This document shows positions 41,025 through 51,348 of a DNA stretch of 64,000 nucleotides, piece after piece. Position 1 is the first letter of the stretch, and every line of letters begins with the position of its first letter. The stretch comes from an uncultured Acidobacteriaceae bacterium (lineage in GTDB: Bacteria > Acidobacteriota > Terriglobia > Terriglobales > Acidobacteriaceae), in assembly GCA_963763605.1 (NCBI GenBank), contig CAVXPJ010000006.1, forward strand, positions 670 to 64,669, written 5' to 3'. The notes under the pieces were generated by a model that made no database searches, had not been told where the DNA came from, and was given only the letters and a program-made list of their open reading frames with translations. The translations under genes and the position numbers were made by a program.

Positions 41025-42065
41025 CTACTGGTCGGGGTCGAGGGCGTCGACCATGGCGTAGTAGCCTTTGCGGGCCTGGACCTTTTCGTCTTTGCCGCAG
41101 GTGATGTTGAGGGTGCGGAAGGTGTTGTCGATCTTGGGATTGGTGGGGGTGTAGCTGGCGAGGTATTGTGTGCGGAGCTCGTCCTGAATCTGGTCAAAGG
41201 CCTCTTCGAGCTTCTTGCCGTTGTTGCCTACGTTGATGACTCGGCCGCCGGTGTCGTGGGCGAGGCGTTCCATTGCGGCGGCGCCCGAGTCGGCAAGGTT
41301 GATGCCAAAGCCACCTCCGCCGTAGAAGCCGCGGTCGGAGAGGAGGATGACGTAGATGATGGCGTTGGCCTTCTGAGCAGCTTCGGTCGCTGACTTGAGC
41401 GTCTCCTGTGAGCCCTGATCGCCGCCGTCGGTGAGAAGGACGAGGATCTTGCGGCCTGCTTCCTGACGGAGCTTGTCGTGAGCGGCGAGGTAGACCGCAT
41501 CGAAGAGCAGCGTGCCACGGGCGGTACCGTTGCCGGTGACTGAGCCGGTGCCGGCGCCGGTGTTGATCTGGGCGGAGTCGATGGAACGCTTAATCTCGCG
41601 TGGGCTGTTGGTGTAGTCGGTGAGGAGGTTGACGTTAATGTCGAAGGAGATGAGGAAGGCTTCGTCCTTGGGGGTGAGGACGTCTTTGAGAAACTCTGCA
41701 CCGGACTGCTGCTCCAGGGGGAGGACGTTGCGCTGGCTGCCGCTGGTGTCGAGGAGGATGCCGATGGTGAGAGGGAGGTTTTTTTCCTGGGTGAAGTTCT
41801 TGGTCTTCTGGAGGTTCTTGTCCTCGAAGATGCTGCAGTCGTCCTTGTGAAGGTTGGTGATGTAGCCGGCCTTGTCGCGAACGGAGAAGTAGACGTTGAC
41901 GAGGTTGACGTTGACCTTGAGGGTTTGGACGTCGCCGATATCGACGGGCTGGGCTGCAGCTTTGCTGGCCGGGGGCGGACCGCCGGGGGAAGGTGCATCC
42001 TGCGCGTGCAGGATGGGGGCAAAACCGAGAGCGAGGACAGCGGCGGCAAGGCGAAGAGAGCGCAT
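41025..42065 (-). CDS. VWA domain-containing protein, TIGR03436 (VWFA-related acidobacterial) family
   Basis: Signal peptide MRSLRLAAAVLALGFAPILHAQ. N-terminal VNLVNVYFSVRDKAG...DDCSIFEDKNLQK block. MIDAS-like ILLDTSGS. LLTDGGDQGS. C-terminal ARKGYYA. Confidence 0.85.
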   Translation of the reverse strand: MRSLRLAAAVLALGFAPILHAQDAPSPGGPPPASKAAAQPVDIGDVQTLKVNVNLVNVYFSVRDKAGYITNLHKDDCSIFEDKNLQKTKNFTQEKNLPLTIGILLDTSGSQRNVLPLEQQSGAEFLKDVLTPKDEAFLISFDINVNLLTDYTNSPREIKRSIDSAQINTGAGTGSVTGNGTARGTLLFDAVYLAAHDKLRQEAGRKILVLLTDGGDQGSQETLKSATEAAQKANAIIYVILLSDRGFYGGGGFGINLADSGAAAMERLAHDTGGRVINVGNNGKKLEEAFDQIQDELRTQYLASYTPTNPKIDNTFRTLNITCGKDEKVQARKGYYAMVDALDPDQ

Positions 42066-42263
42066 ACTGCATTAGACGATAAAACCGGTGTTGAGTTTGC
42101 GGAAAAATATACGGCAAATGCGGTCTTAGGCCGGAAGGTAGCGCAACGGCAGGGGGTGGGGGTGCGTCCAAGAAGAGTGGACTGTTTGTAAATGAAGATG
42201 GCGGCTGGGATGGGGCGCTGGTAGTCTACTATTTGGTATGGTTTTGGGCCTGAAAAGACTTGT

Positions 42264-43645
42264 TTGGATGGATGGGGGATTCTCGTGGTGAATAAGAGCG
42301 TGTTGGCAGGGACTTTGGCGTGTGTGTTGCTTGGATGGCCAGCACAGGAGCAGGCGCAGCAACAGCCGAGTGTGCCGCCGCCGACACCGCAGAACCAGCT
42401 GCCCGATGGGCCGAAGCCGCAGGTGATTCCGGATGCGCCGAAGCCACAGGCGCTGCCGGTTGGCCCGATTACTCCGGGGCGCGGAACGACGCTGGATTCG
42501 AATGGGGACAGCTCGACCTCGCAGGATGACGCGGCACCCAGTAAACCGGAGACGGCAGCCCAGAAGGTCGATGATGGAAAAGAACCGGATCTTCCGGCTG
42601 CAGGACAGGGGCCGGAGTATGTGATCCATGCCAAGGTGAACTTTGTCGAAATACCGTTCACGGTGAAGGACAGCAAAGGCAAGCTGGTGCCGGGTTTGAG
42701 CTGGCGCGATGTGCGGGTGTATGAGAACAACCTGCGGCAGCAGCTGGCGTATTTTACGACTGATGCGTTTCCACTGTCGGTGGCGCTGGTGATCGATCAG
42801 AGCCTTGGGTTCGACAATATGGCCAAGGTGAATAACTCCCTGGCTGCGCTGCAGGGAGCGTTTACGCCGTATGACGAGGTTGCGGTGTTTACGTACAACA
42901 ACGGGCCGAAGCCGGTAACGGACTTTACTGCGGGACCAAGCGCCCGGCTGACGCAGGCGCTGGAGCGGTCGAAGACTGGCGGCCGGGAGATGTCGTATAT
43001 TCCCGGTGGCGGGCTGTCGCAGAATATCGACTATAACAATGGAGCCGATAGCTACATCGACCCGAACACGAATTCGTCGCATGGGCGGAGCCAGTCTGGG
43101 GATCCAGAATCTGCCGCAACGAGGTGCATACGCTGAACGATGCGATTCTGATGGCGGCAACGGCGCTCTCCAAGACTCCGACTGGCCGACGAAGAATTAT
43201 CTATGTCATCAGCGATGGCAAGGAGTATGGCAGCACGGCAAAGTTCAGCCAGGTGGTGAAGTATCTGAACACGAACAAGATTGCTGTGTTCGGGACGCTG
43301 GTGGGGGATTCTTCGCTGCCGGTGGTCGGATTTCTGGACCGGATGCACCTTCCGCTGATGATGCGGGACAACATTCTGGCGGCGTATGCGTACGATACGG
43401 GCGGCAACTTCGATGGCGAGTTCCGGCAGAAGGGGATCGAGACGAGCTTTGCGAAGATCGCCGAAGAGGTGCGCACGCAATACACGGTCGGCTACTACAC
43501 GCATGAGCCGTTTATCGATGGCAAGTACCGGCAGATCGAGGTGAAGGTGCTGCGTCCCAACCTGAGTGTGCTGGCGAAGAAGGGCTACTATCCGACCGCG
43601 GAAGATTCCAAGACCACCGGCGTGGTGACACCGGTCGCCCGGTAG
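42264..43645 (+). pseudogene. VWA domain-containing protein, TIGR03436 family, two frame disruptions
   Basis: Pro/Gln-rich linker, VNFVEIPFTVKDSKGKLVPGLSWRDVRVYENN, VALVIDQS. After IDPNTNSS the sequence continues as MGGASLGIQNLPQR (+1 at about 43080), then VHTLNDAILMAATALSK...IIYVISDGKEYGS...YRQIEVKVLRPNLSVLAKKGYY (+1 at about 43120). Confidence 0.8.
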
Positions 43646-43695
43646 CTCGACAACTCGATAGACCCAGTGATGGCCGCCTGAGGACGGATCATATT

Positions 43696-44585
43696 TTGAT
43701 GGAGATGCTGTTGCAGGGGAATGCGCTGCTGGCGCTGGGCGCGGCACTGCTGTGGGGTGGTGGGGATTTTTCGGGCGGCATGGCGGTGAAGCGCGCGGGC
43801 GGCTCAATGCTGGCGGCGCTGCGGGTGATTCTGCTGAGCCATTCGGTGAGCCTGGGAGTTCTGCTGCTGGCGGTGTGGTGGCGGGGCGATCCGTTTCCGC
43901 ATGGCGCTGCGCTCGGGTGGGGGTTGATGGGTGGGATGACGGCGGGGATTGCGCTGGCCTGTTTTTATGTGGCGTTGTCGCGGGGGGCGATGGGGGCTTC
44001 GGCGGCGTTGAGCGGGTTGCTGGCGGCGGCGATTCCAGCGGCGGTGTCGATTGGCACGGAGGGTTCGCCCGGGTTGCTGCGAATCGCGGGTTTTGTGGTG
44101 GCGGGGATGGCGATCTGGCTGATCGCGGCGGGGCCGAATCCTGAGGCGACTGCTGCAGACAGAGGAACGGTCTGGCTGGCAGTGGTGGCCGGGGTGGGGT
44201 TTGGGATTTATTTTGTAGCGCTGAAGTTTGCGGGAAGCGCGGGTGTGATCTGGCCGCTGGCGACATGCAGAATGGGGAGCTTGACGGTGTGTTCGCTGCT
44301 GGTTGCGTGGATGTCGCGGAAGACGAAGGCGGCTGTGGAGCCGATGCGGCTGACGCGGACGGTGGTGGGTTGGGCGATGGGTGCGGTTTTGCTGGATACA
44401 CCGGGAATCTGCTGTTTGTCGCGGCGACGAGGGCGGGACGGCTGGATGTTGCGGCGGTGCTGGCTTCGCTTTATCCGGCTTCGACGATTCTGCTGGCGGC
44501 GTGGATGCTGCGGGAGCGGCCTACTCGGCGGCAGGGGTTGGGTATGGCGGTTGCGGTGGCGGCTGTGGTGATGATTACGGTTTAG
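43696..44585 (+). pseudogene. EamA/DMT family transporter, one frame disruption
   Basis: 10-TM DMT pattern. After AMGAVLLDT (about 44400) the conserved GNLLFVAATRAGRLDVAAVLASLYPASTILLAAWMLRERP continues in another frame, while the original frame turns into an Arg/Trp-rich nonsense tail. Confidence 0.8.
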
Positions 44586-44599
44586 GCTGTTTGTTTGGC

Positions 44600-44675
44600 G
44601 GTGAGAACAAGCAACGACAGTTACAGAAGCAGATCCCCTGCGGGGATGACAACAAAAAGAACGACCACAAAAGTC
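44600..44675. repeat. Intergenic hairpin repeat (CAGATCCCC..GGGGATGACAAC family), probable bidirectional terminator
   Basis: gcagatcccc-tgc-ggggatgacaacaaaaag, stem at 44633-44647, between the convergent EamA and ppk2 ends. Confidence 0.6.
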
Positions 44676-44679
44676 AGGG

Positions 44680-45489
44680 CTAGAGTTTGATTTTGGAGCC
44701 GTCGAGGGTGGGTTCGGGGAATTTGAGTTTCAGGCTCTCCATGAGGTCGACGATGATGGCGGAGATGGCGATGTTGCGGTACCACTTGTTGTCGGAGGGG
44801 ATGACGAACCAGGGGGCGTGCTTGTGGCTGGTGGTGGAGAGGATGTCGTTGTAGGCGTCGATGTAGTCGGGCCAGAACTTGCGTTCCTTGATGTCCGCAT
44901 CGGAGAGCTTCCAGTGTTTTTTCTTGTTGTCGATGCGGGCCTGGAGACGGCGGGTTTGCTCTTCGTGCGAGATGTGGAGATAGAACTTGAGGATGAGGAC
45001 GTCGTTGTCGGACGAGGAAGCTTTCGAACTCGTTGATGTCTTCGAGACGGCTGCGCACGCACATCTTGTTGAGATGAGCTTGTGGACGCGGGGGGAGAGG
45101 ACGTCCTCGTAGTGGGAGCGGTTGAAGATGCCGATCATGCCGCGAGGCGGGACCTGGGCGTGGACGCGCCAGAGGAAGTCGTGGCGGGCTTCGAGCGGGG
45201 TGGGGACCTTGAAGGCGGCGACATCGCAGCCCTGCGGGTTGATGCCGGAGAAGATGTGGCTGATGGTGCCGTCTTTGCCTGCGGTGTCCATGCCCTGGAG
45301 GACGATGAGCAGGGCCTTGGACTGGCTGGCGTAGAAGACATCCTGAAGGTGGTCGAGGGCGTTGCAGTGTTTGGCGAGGACCGATTTCGCGGCTTCTTCC
45401 GATTGATAGTCGCCCGTATCGGAGGACGAGATTTTCGAGAGCCGAACCTTGGTGTGCGGCTTGATGAGATAAGGCGATTTGATCTTCAT
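44680..45489 (-). CDS. ppk2: Polyphosphate kinase 2 family protein (ORF intact but about 20 codons read out of frame)
   Basis: Walker A LQGMDTAGKDG, FNRSHYEDVL, WKLSDADI motifs. Residues STRCACAAVSKTSTSSKASSS replace the conserved block, which is readable in another frame as CVRSRLEDINEFESFLV (about 45010-45065). Confidence 0.85.
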   Translation of the reverse strand: MKIKSPYLIKPHTKVRLSKISSSDTGDYQSEEAAKSVLAKHCNALDHLQDVFYASQSKALLIVLQGMDTAGKDGTISHIFSGINPQGCDVAAFKVPTPLEARHDFLWRVHAQVPPRGMIGIFNRSHYEDVLSPRVHKLISTRCACAAVSKTSTSSKASSSDNDVLILKFYLHISHEEQTRRLQARIDNKKKHWKLSDADIKERKFWPDYIDAYNDILSTTSHKHAPWFVIPSDNKWYRNIAISAIIVDLMESLKLKFPEPTLDGSKIKL

Positions 45490-45554
45490 GAGGCGATGCC
45501 CGTCGAGTCGAGGCTACGGTGAAGGGTGACGCACGACCGCATGGTTGCGCTGAC

Positions 45555-45768
45555 TTACTTGACTGATTCTTCAGGCTTGGGGGTGACGGTATGCGCGGTG
45601 TCGCCCGGGCTTGTTGACCTCGTCGGTGACGCCCTTCATGCCGTCTTTGAAGCCTTTATAGCCTTCGCCCAGACCTTTGCCGAGCTCGGGCAGCTTTTTG
45701 CCGCCGAAGAGGACAAGGACGACGACGGCGATGACGATGAGATGTGTTGGTGTAAATAGTTCGCCCAT
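45555..45768 (-). pseudogene. tatA: Twin-arginine translocase subunit TatA/E, frame disruption near the 3' end
   Basis: agggaga [48 protein letters not shown]. At the CCCGGG run 45604-45609 the natural-looking tail [17 protein letters not shown] moves to another frame. As written, the ORF ends at 45571. Confidence 0.85.
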
Positions 45769-45992
45769 ACTGTTTCTCCCTGCAACCGGACGCGAAGGCT
45801 CCGGTTGCCCACCCACTATTGTCGCACAGGTGCAGTCTGATGGACAGATACGGTGCCGGCAGGCGAGGCAGATGTGGGCTGAACGTTATATCTTGGTTAG
45901 TGAAGGAAATTTGCGGAGACGCAGACAAGGCTGGCTAGGACGAGGCTGGATGCGGGAAGAGACGTGGAGACGGATGTTGCGATTGAAGACGA

Positions 45993-46755
45993 GTGGTGAA
46001 GCAGGAGATGACAGGGGCGCGAAAGACGGGCAATCGCGCAGTAACGGCATTTCTGGCGGCAGGGTTGCTGATGGCGGGTGCGGCGCAGGTGCGGGCGCAG
46101 GGTACGGTGTCGTCTTCGGCGCAGACGCCGAGTTCCGATCGCGGATCGAAGATCGCGCTGGCGGCTCCAGTGACCTACGACAACAAGTACGAGGTCTTCG
46201 GCGGACTGAACTTCATGAACTTCCAGGCAGGACAGGGTCTGCCGAAGCGGATGAACCTGGGCGGCGGCGAGATACTGGGAACCTACTGGCTGACGAAGAG
46301 CATAGGACTGGGCGCGGACTATCGCATCGATGCGGGAACGACGCCGGTGAATCCGAACTCGGGAATCACCAGCCGGCTGCGATCGGCGGCACCGGCATCA
46401 ACAACCGGCCACTGGTGTACCTGAACACGATCATGGGAGGCGCGCAGTATCGCAGAAGTCCAGGAACCAGTATGCTGCGTTGAACTTCCATGGCTATGCG
46501 GGCGTGTCGCATGGAACGTTCGACTACAGCTTGAAGAACCTGGTGGTGCCCGTGGCGAGGCGTATGCGCCGACCGGGCCTTTATACGAACCGCACGAAGC
46601 CGATTGCGGCGCTGGGAGCAAGCATCGACTTCAACCTGTCGAAGCGGATGGCGATTCGGCTGTCGCCGGATTTGATCCTGGAGCACTTCGGAACCGAGAC
46701 GCGGGAGTTTGTGGCGGTTTCGGGTGGAGTGATCTACCGGTTCGGGAAGAAGTAA
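45993..46755 (+). pseudogene. Outer-membrane beta-barrel protein (OmpA-like N-terminal barrel/porin family), two frame disruptions
   Basis: Signal peptide AVTAFLAAGLLMAGAAQVRAQ. Alternating beta-strand pattern. Segments ...PVNPNSGI, NRPLVYLNTIMGGAQYR and LNFHGYAGVSHGTFDY...GGVIYRFGKK lie in three frames (breaks at about 46380 and about 46475). Confidence 0.6.
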
Positions 46756-46898
46756 GGCAGGACCGTAGGGCTTAGCGAGATAAGAGCGGATGTCTAAAAT
46801 GGCCGTCTTTGACACAGCCGCTGCTCACTTTGTGAGTTGCTGGTTGTGCTTTTATCTCTTTGGTGCTTTCTATTCTACTGCTGTGCCTATTCTCTGCC

Positions 46899-48160
46899 TT
46901 ACCAGGTGTTGCCCTGCATGAACTCCGGGGAGACTGGGTTTTCGTAGACGCTGTAGTCGCGGGTGACTACGGTCAGGCCGTTGGGGGAGACGAAGTAGTT
47001 CTTCTTGTCTTCGTTGGGGTCGTAGCCGATGACGGTGCCGTCGGGGATGTGGACGTCGCGGTCGATGATGGCGTGGCGGATGCGGCAGTGGCGGCCGATG
47101 TTGACGTGAGAGAAGATGATGCTGGAGTCGACGTCGGCGTAGGAGTTGACGCGGACATCGTGCGAGACGACGGAGTTGCGCACGACGGCTCCGGAGACGA
47201 TGGAGCCTGAGGCCAGACGATGGAGTTGATGGCCATGCCGGTGCGGCCGGGTTCGCCGAAGACGAACTTGGCGGGCGGGTACTGGTAGGGGCGGGTGCGC
47301 ATGGGCCAGGACTTGTCGTAGAGGTTGAAGATGGGGGTGACGCCGGCGACGTCCATGTTGGCCTCGTAGTAGGCCTCGAGGGTGCCGACGTCGCGCCAGT
47401 AGAGGGCCTTCTGCTTGTTCTCGTCGACGAAGTTGTAGGCGCGTCATCTTGAAGCGGCCGAGGAGCTTGGGCAGGATGTCGTGGCCGAAGTCGTGCTTGG
47501 AGTTGGGGTCTTCGGCGTCCTTGATGAGCTCGGGAAGCAGGACGTCGGTGTTGAAGATGTAGATGCCCATGGAGACGTCGACCATGTCGGGGTTGAAGGG
47601 CGAGCGGATGTTGGTCTCTTTGGGCTTCTCGTCGAAGCCGGTGACCTCGCCGTTGCGGGCGACCTCGACGACACCGAAGGCGGAGACCTCGATGGGGCGA
47701 TGGGCAGGGTGGCGAGGGTGACGTCGGCGCCGGAGTCGCGATGCTGCTCGAGCATGCGGGCGTAGTTCATCTTGTAGATGTGGTCGCCGGAGAGGATGAT
47801 GACGTGCTTCGGCTCTTCGGAGCCGATGGAGTAGATGTTCTGGTAGACGGCGTCGGCGGTGCCCTGGTACCAGGACTTGGAGACGCGCTGCATGGGGGGA
47901 AGGATCTCGATGAACTCGCCGAGCTCGTTGGCGACGACCGGGCCCCAGCCCTCGCGGATGTGGCGGTTGAGCGAGAGCGCCTTGTACTGGGTGAGGATGT
48001 AGACGTGGCGCAGGTCGGAGTTGATGCAGTTGGAGAGGGTGATGTCGATGATGCGGTACTGGCCGGCGAAGGGGACGGCGGGTTTGGCGCGATCGCGGGT
48101 GAGGGGAAAGAGCCGTTCGCCGGCACCACCGGCAAGCAAAACGCCAAGCGTATCTCTCAT
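46899..48160 (-). pseudogene. glgC: Glucose-1-phosphate adenylyltransferase, three frame disruptions
   Basis: MRDTLGVLLAGGAGERLFPLTRDRAKPAVPFAGQYRIIDITLSNC... Breaks at about 47693 (C run), about 47440 and about 47210. The pieces EVSAFGVVEVARNGEVTGFDEKP, YNFVDENKQKALYWRDVGTLEAYYEANMDV and SGSIVSGAVVRNSVVSHDVRV all belong to the GlgC pattern. Confidence 0.9.
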
Positions 48161-48302
48161 ATCTATAATAACTCCGGCACATACGGTTAGGCCAGATAGA
48201 ACCAACCATTTGAGTCAGATGCACAAACTTACTCGCGTGCAACGGAGAAACGCGAGTCTACCATGCGGAGATCGAGTTTGTAATCTGCGAGGGAGAAGAC
48301 GC

Positions 48303-48337
48303 AGAGATGAGGCCCAGCGCATGAGTGCGCACGGGCC
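48303..48337 (-). terminator. Strong hairpin downstream of the small acidic protein gene
   Basis: Minus strand: atgaggcccgtgcgca-ctca-tgcgctgggcctcat (about 15-bp stem), followed by a pyrimidine-rich ctctgcgtcttctcc. Confidence 0.45.
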
Positions 48338-48358
48338 TCATGGATGTTGCGGACTGAG

Positions 48359-48710
48359 TTAAGCTTCTGGAGTGTCTGGGGTGCCAGGCGGCAACTGACG
48401 CTGCGGTGGAGCAGGAAGCTGGTCTCTGGGGTCGCCTCTTCGGTGAGGCTGATGCGCAGGGACTTCAAGAAGGTGAGGTCGTTGCGGGTGAAGGGCCGTC
48501 GGCATCTTCGCTGACGGACTCGGTGGACTCTTCGGCTTCTGTCTCGACCTCGTTGAGGCCGATGGTGGCCTCAAGCATGAGGAGAACATCAAAACCCTGT
48601 TCGCGGATGTTTTTGACGACGCCTGCGATGTCCTCCGACTCCGAGACGGACTCGTGGATCGCTTCGCCAAGTTTCTGGATAAGGTTTTTGACCTTCTGAT
48701 TCAATGCCAC
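48359..48710 (-). pseudogene. Small acidic protein of unknown function, frame disrupted
   Basis: MALNQKVKNLIQKLGEAIHESVSESEDIAGVVKNIREQGFDVLLMLEATIGL...EDADGP, then FTRNDLTFLKSLRISLTEEATPE in another frame (GGG/CCC run 48493-48495). The 3' end is uncertain (48359 or 48229). Confidence 0.4.
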
Positions 48711-48895
48711 CTCCGGGCTGCCCTATGGTTCGAATCCTCACCGCGCATCGGGTATTCCCGGCGAAGGTGCCCGGCGGGAACGGCATTGCGGGTACATCAG
48801 TCGTACCTGGTTACTTTCTACAAGAATACGCCCAGGGCCGTCGGCGGCTGCAATGACATTTCTGTTGGATAGTAAAGTCCATAAAACGATGGGAC

Positions 48896-49048
48896 TTAGT
48901 TGATTTCGACGACGGTGTGATGGTCGGCCCAGGCTTCTTCGAGCCGGTGCGCGAGCAGTTCGACGGGTTGCGTACGTTGGGAGCACCAGACCAGAAAGCC
49001 TGCTGCCGCGGCACAGATTCCACCCACCATCCAAAGAACATTTTTCAT
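48896..49048 (-). CDS. Small (50 aa) membrane-anchored protein
   Basis: aggaga SD 6 nt before the ATG. MKNVLWMVGGICAAAAGFLVW TM helix followed by a charged tail. The long ORF-track extension upstream is Arg/Pro-rich shadow. Confidence 0.4.
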   Translation of the reverse strand: MKNVLWMVGGICAAAAGFLVWCSQRTQPVELLAHRLEEAWADHHTVVEIN

Positions 49049-49245
49049 CGTATGTCTCCTCTTACTCTGTCGATTGGATGCGGCAAACATTCCGCGGCGT
49101 TTTGTTGATGACGAGATTGAATTCCGAGGAGGCTTTCGTGGTGTGGGCGGAACCGCTACACTTTGAGGTATGGATTCGGTTCGATTTGGTCGTGCGCTTG
49201 GTGTCGGGGCTCGGCGGCAGCTAAGACGCTGATCGACGGCGGTGG

Positions 49246-49688
49246 ATGCAGCGACGGCGCCGAATCCTTCTACGGTGCGAAGGCGAAGCAGAGTGCCGGC
49301 TGCAGACGCCTGTTGCTTCGACTGACGTTCCGCAAAGAAGCGGAGGCGCCGGGGGTTCGGCTGGGACAGCAGGCTGCGCGAACGACGGCGCAGGTGCGGC
49401 AGACGGGAAGGGCTTGAAAGAGGGCAGCAGGCGCTTTGGCGAGGCGGTGTGGGGACCGTTCGTGAAGCTGTCGGGCGCGCTGTGGCTGGAGCTGACCGGG
49501 GTTTTCTTTGGGATCTTTGCTCTGTTTGCTGCACCGGGGCGTGGAAGATGCGGGCGGCGTTGCATGAGACCACAGCGAATCATGATCTGCATGGACGCTT
49601 TCTGATCTCGGTGGCGATGGCGGCGATGTTTGGATATTTCTGCGTCAGCAGCTTTGTGAGGGCGAACCGCAGGAGCCGGGCGCGCTAG
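49246..49688 (+). pseudogene. Hypothetical two-TM membrane protein, frame disrupted; 5' end uncertain
   Basis: GEAVWGPFVKLSGALWLELTGVFFGIFALFAA continues in another frame as GAWKMRAALHETTANHDLHGRFLISVAMAAMFGYFCVSSFVRANRRS (break at about 49540). Confidence 0.35.
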
Positions 49689-49723
49689 TCGTCTCTGCCG
49701 ACGCAGGGCGATAGCGGGTACAC

Positions 49724-51348
49724 TTGAGCGTCATGTCAGAATCATCGAAAACAAGTTCTGGAATCCCGGTTGAGTTGGTGTATCGCGCTGAGGATCTTGC
49801 CGGTTTCGATGCCGCGGCGACGGTGGGCGAGCCCGGGAAGTATCCGTTTACGCGGGGGATTCAGCCGACGATGTACCGCGGGCGGCTGTGGACGATGCGC
49901 CAATATGCGGGCATGGGGGACGCGGAGGAGTCGAACAAGCGATACAAATTTCTGCTGGCGAACGGGACGAAGGGGTTGAGCGTGGCGTTCGATCTGCCGA
50001 CGCAGATTGGGTATGACTCGGATTCGCCGCTGGCGCTGGGCGAGGTGGGAAAGGTTGGCGTGGCGATCGATTCGATCGAGGATATGCAGCGGCTGTTCGA
50101 TGGGATTGCGCTGGATACGATCTCGACTTCGATGACGATCAATGCGACGGCTTCGATTCTGCTGGCGCTGTATGTTGCGGTGGCGAAGAGAACGGGCGCG
50201 GATGTTCGCAAGCTGAGCGGGACGATCCAGAACGATATTTTGAAGGAGTACATTGCGCGGGGGACGTATATCTATCCGGTGACGCAGGCGATGCGGCTGG
50301 TGACGGATATCTTTGCGTGGGCGGCGGATGAGGTGCCGGAGTGGAATACGATCTCGATCTCCGGCTACCACATGCGCGAGGCGGGATGCACGGCGGTGCA
50401 GGAGGTGGCGTTTACGCTGGCCAATGGGATGACGTACGTGCAGGCCGCGATTGACGCGGGTTTGGATGTGGATGCGTTTGCGCCGCGGCTGAGTTTTTTC
50501 TTCAATTCGCATAACAATCTGCTGGAGGAGGTCGCGAAGTTTCGCGCGGCGCGACGAATGTGGGCGCGGATTATGCGGGAGCACTTTGGCGCGAAGAAGG
50601 AGCGGAGCTGGATGCTGCGGTTTCATACGCAGACGGCGGGGTCAACACTGACGGCGCAGCAGCCGGAGAACAATATTGTGCGGACGACGCTGCAGGCGCT
50701 GGCGGCGGTGCTGGGCGGGACGCAGAGTCCTGCATACGAATGGGTTTGATGAGGCGCTGTCGCTGCCGACGGAGAATGCTGCGCGGATTGCGTTGCGGAC
50801 GCAGCAGATTCTGGCGCATGAGAGTGGCGTCGCGCAGACGGTCGATCCGCTTGCCGGGTCGTTTTATGTCGAGTCGCTGACGAATGAGATTGAGCGGCGA
50901 GCGGATGAGTATATGGCGACGATTGCCGGGTTCGGCGTTACTGCCGAAGACAAGGGCGGGAAGTATGGGATGTTGCGGGCGATCGAGCGCGGGTATGTGC
51001 AGCGTGAGATTCAGAATGCCGCGTATGGGTATCAGCGAGCCGTGGATGCGAAGGAGGCGATCGTCGTTGGGGTGAACGAGTTTACGAGTGAGGATGTCGC
51101 GGTGCCGATTCAGCGGATCGATGATGCGCTGGAGGGGCGGCAGGTGGAGCGGTTGCGCGCGATGCGTCTGCGGCGGGATGCGGGCGTGCACGCTGCGGCT
51201 CTGCGGGGGGTCGAGGATGCGGCACGGGGTGGGAAGCAATTTGATGCCGCAGATACTCAATGCGGTTGAGAGCTATGCGACGGTGGGCGAGATTGCGGAT
51301 GTGATGCGGCGAGTGTTTGGGGAGTACCGGGAGACGGTGACGGTGTAA
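49724..51348 (+). pseudogene. Methylmalonyl-CoA mutase family catalytic (large, TIM-barrel) subunit, two frame disruptions
   Basis: [78 protein letters not shown]. Breaks at about 50728 (GGTQS / [16 protein letters not shown]) and about 51233 ([19 protein letters not shown]). No B12-binding domain in the gene. Confidence 0.9.

Noticed and set aside
41228-42730. 500-aa ORF on the minus strand. Similar long ORFs occur at 9552-10550, 35275-36213, 35858-36964, 43052-44401, 49742-50626, 53645-54646, 56365-57348 and 30041-30802.
   Set aside because: All are antisense or out-of-frame shadows of well-supported genes in GC-rich DNA. Their products are Arg/Pro/Ser/His-rich low-complexity strings with no motifs, and they overlap real genes almost completely.
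48733-48765. tRNA-like T-arm sequence ggttcgaatcc upstream of the small acidic protein gene (possible tRNA or tmRNA fragment, or an att site).
   Set aside because: The flanking bases do not form a T-stem (3 of 5 pairs). No acceptor, D or anticodon arms can be folded in the preceding 70 nt, and there is no CCA. It does not match the T-arm of the tRNA-Arg at 58410. Treated as chance.
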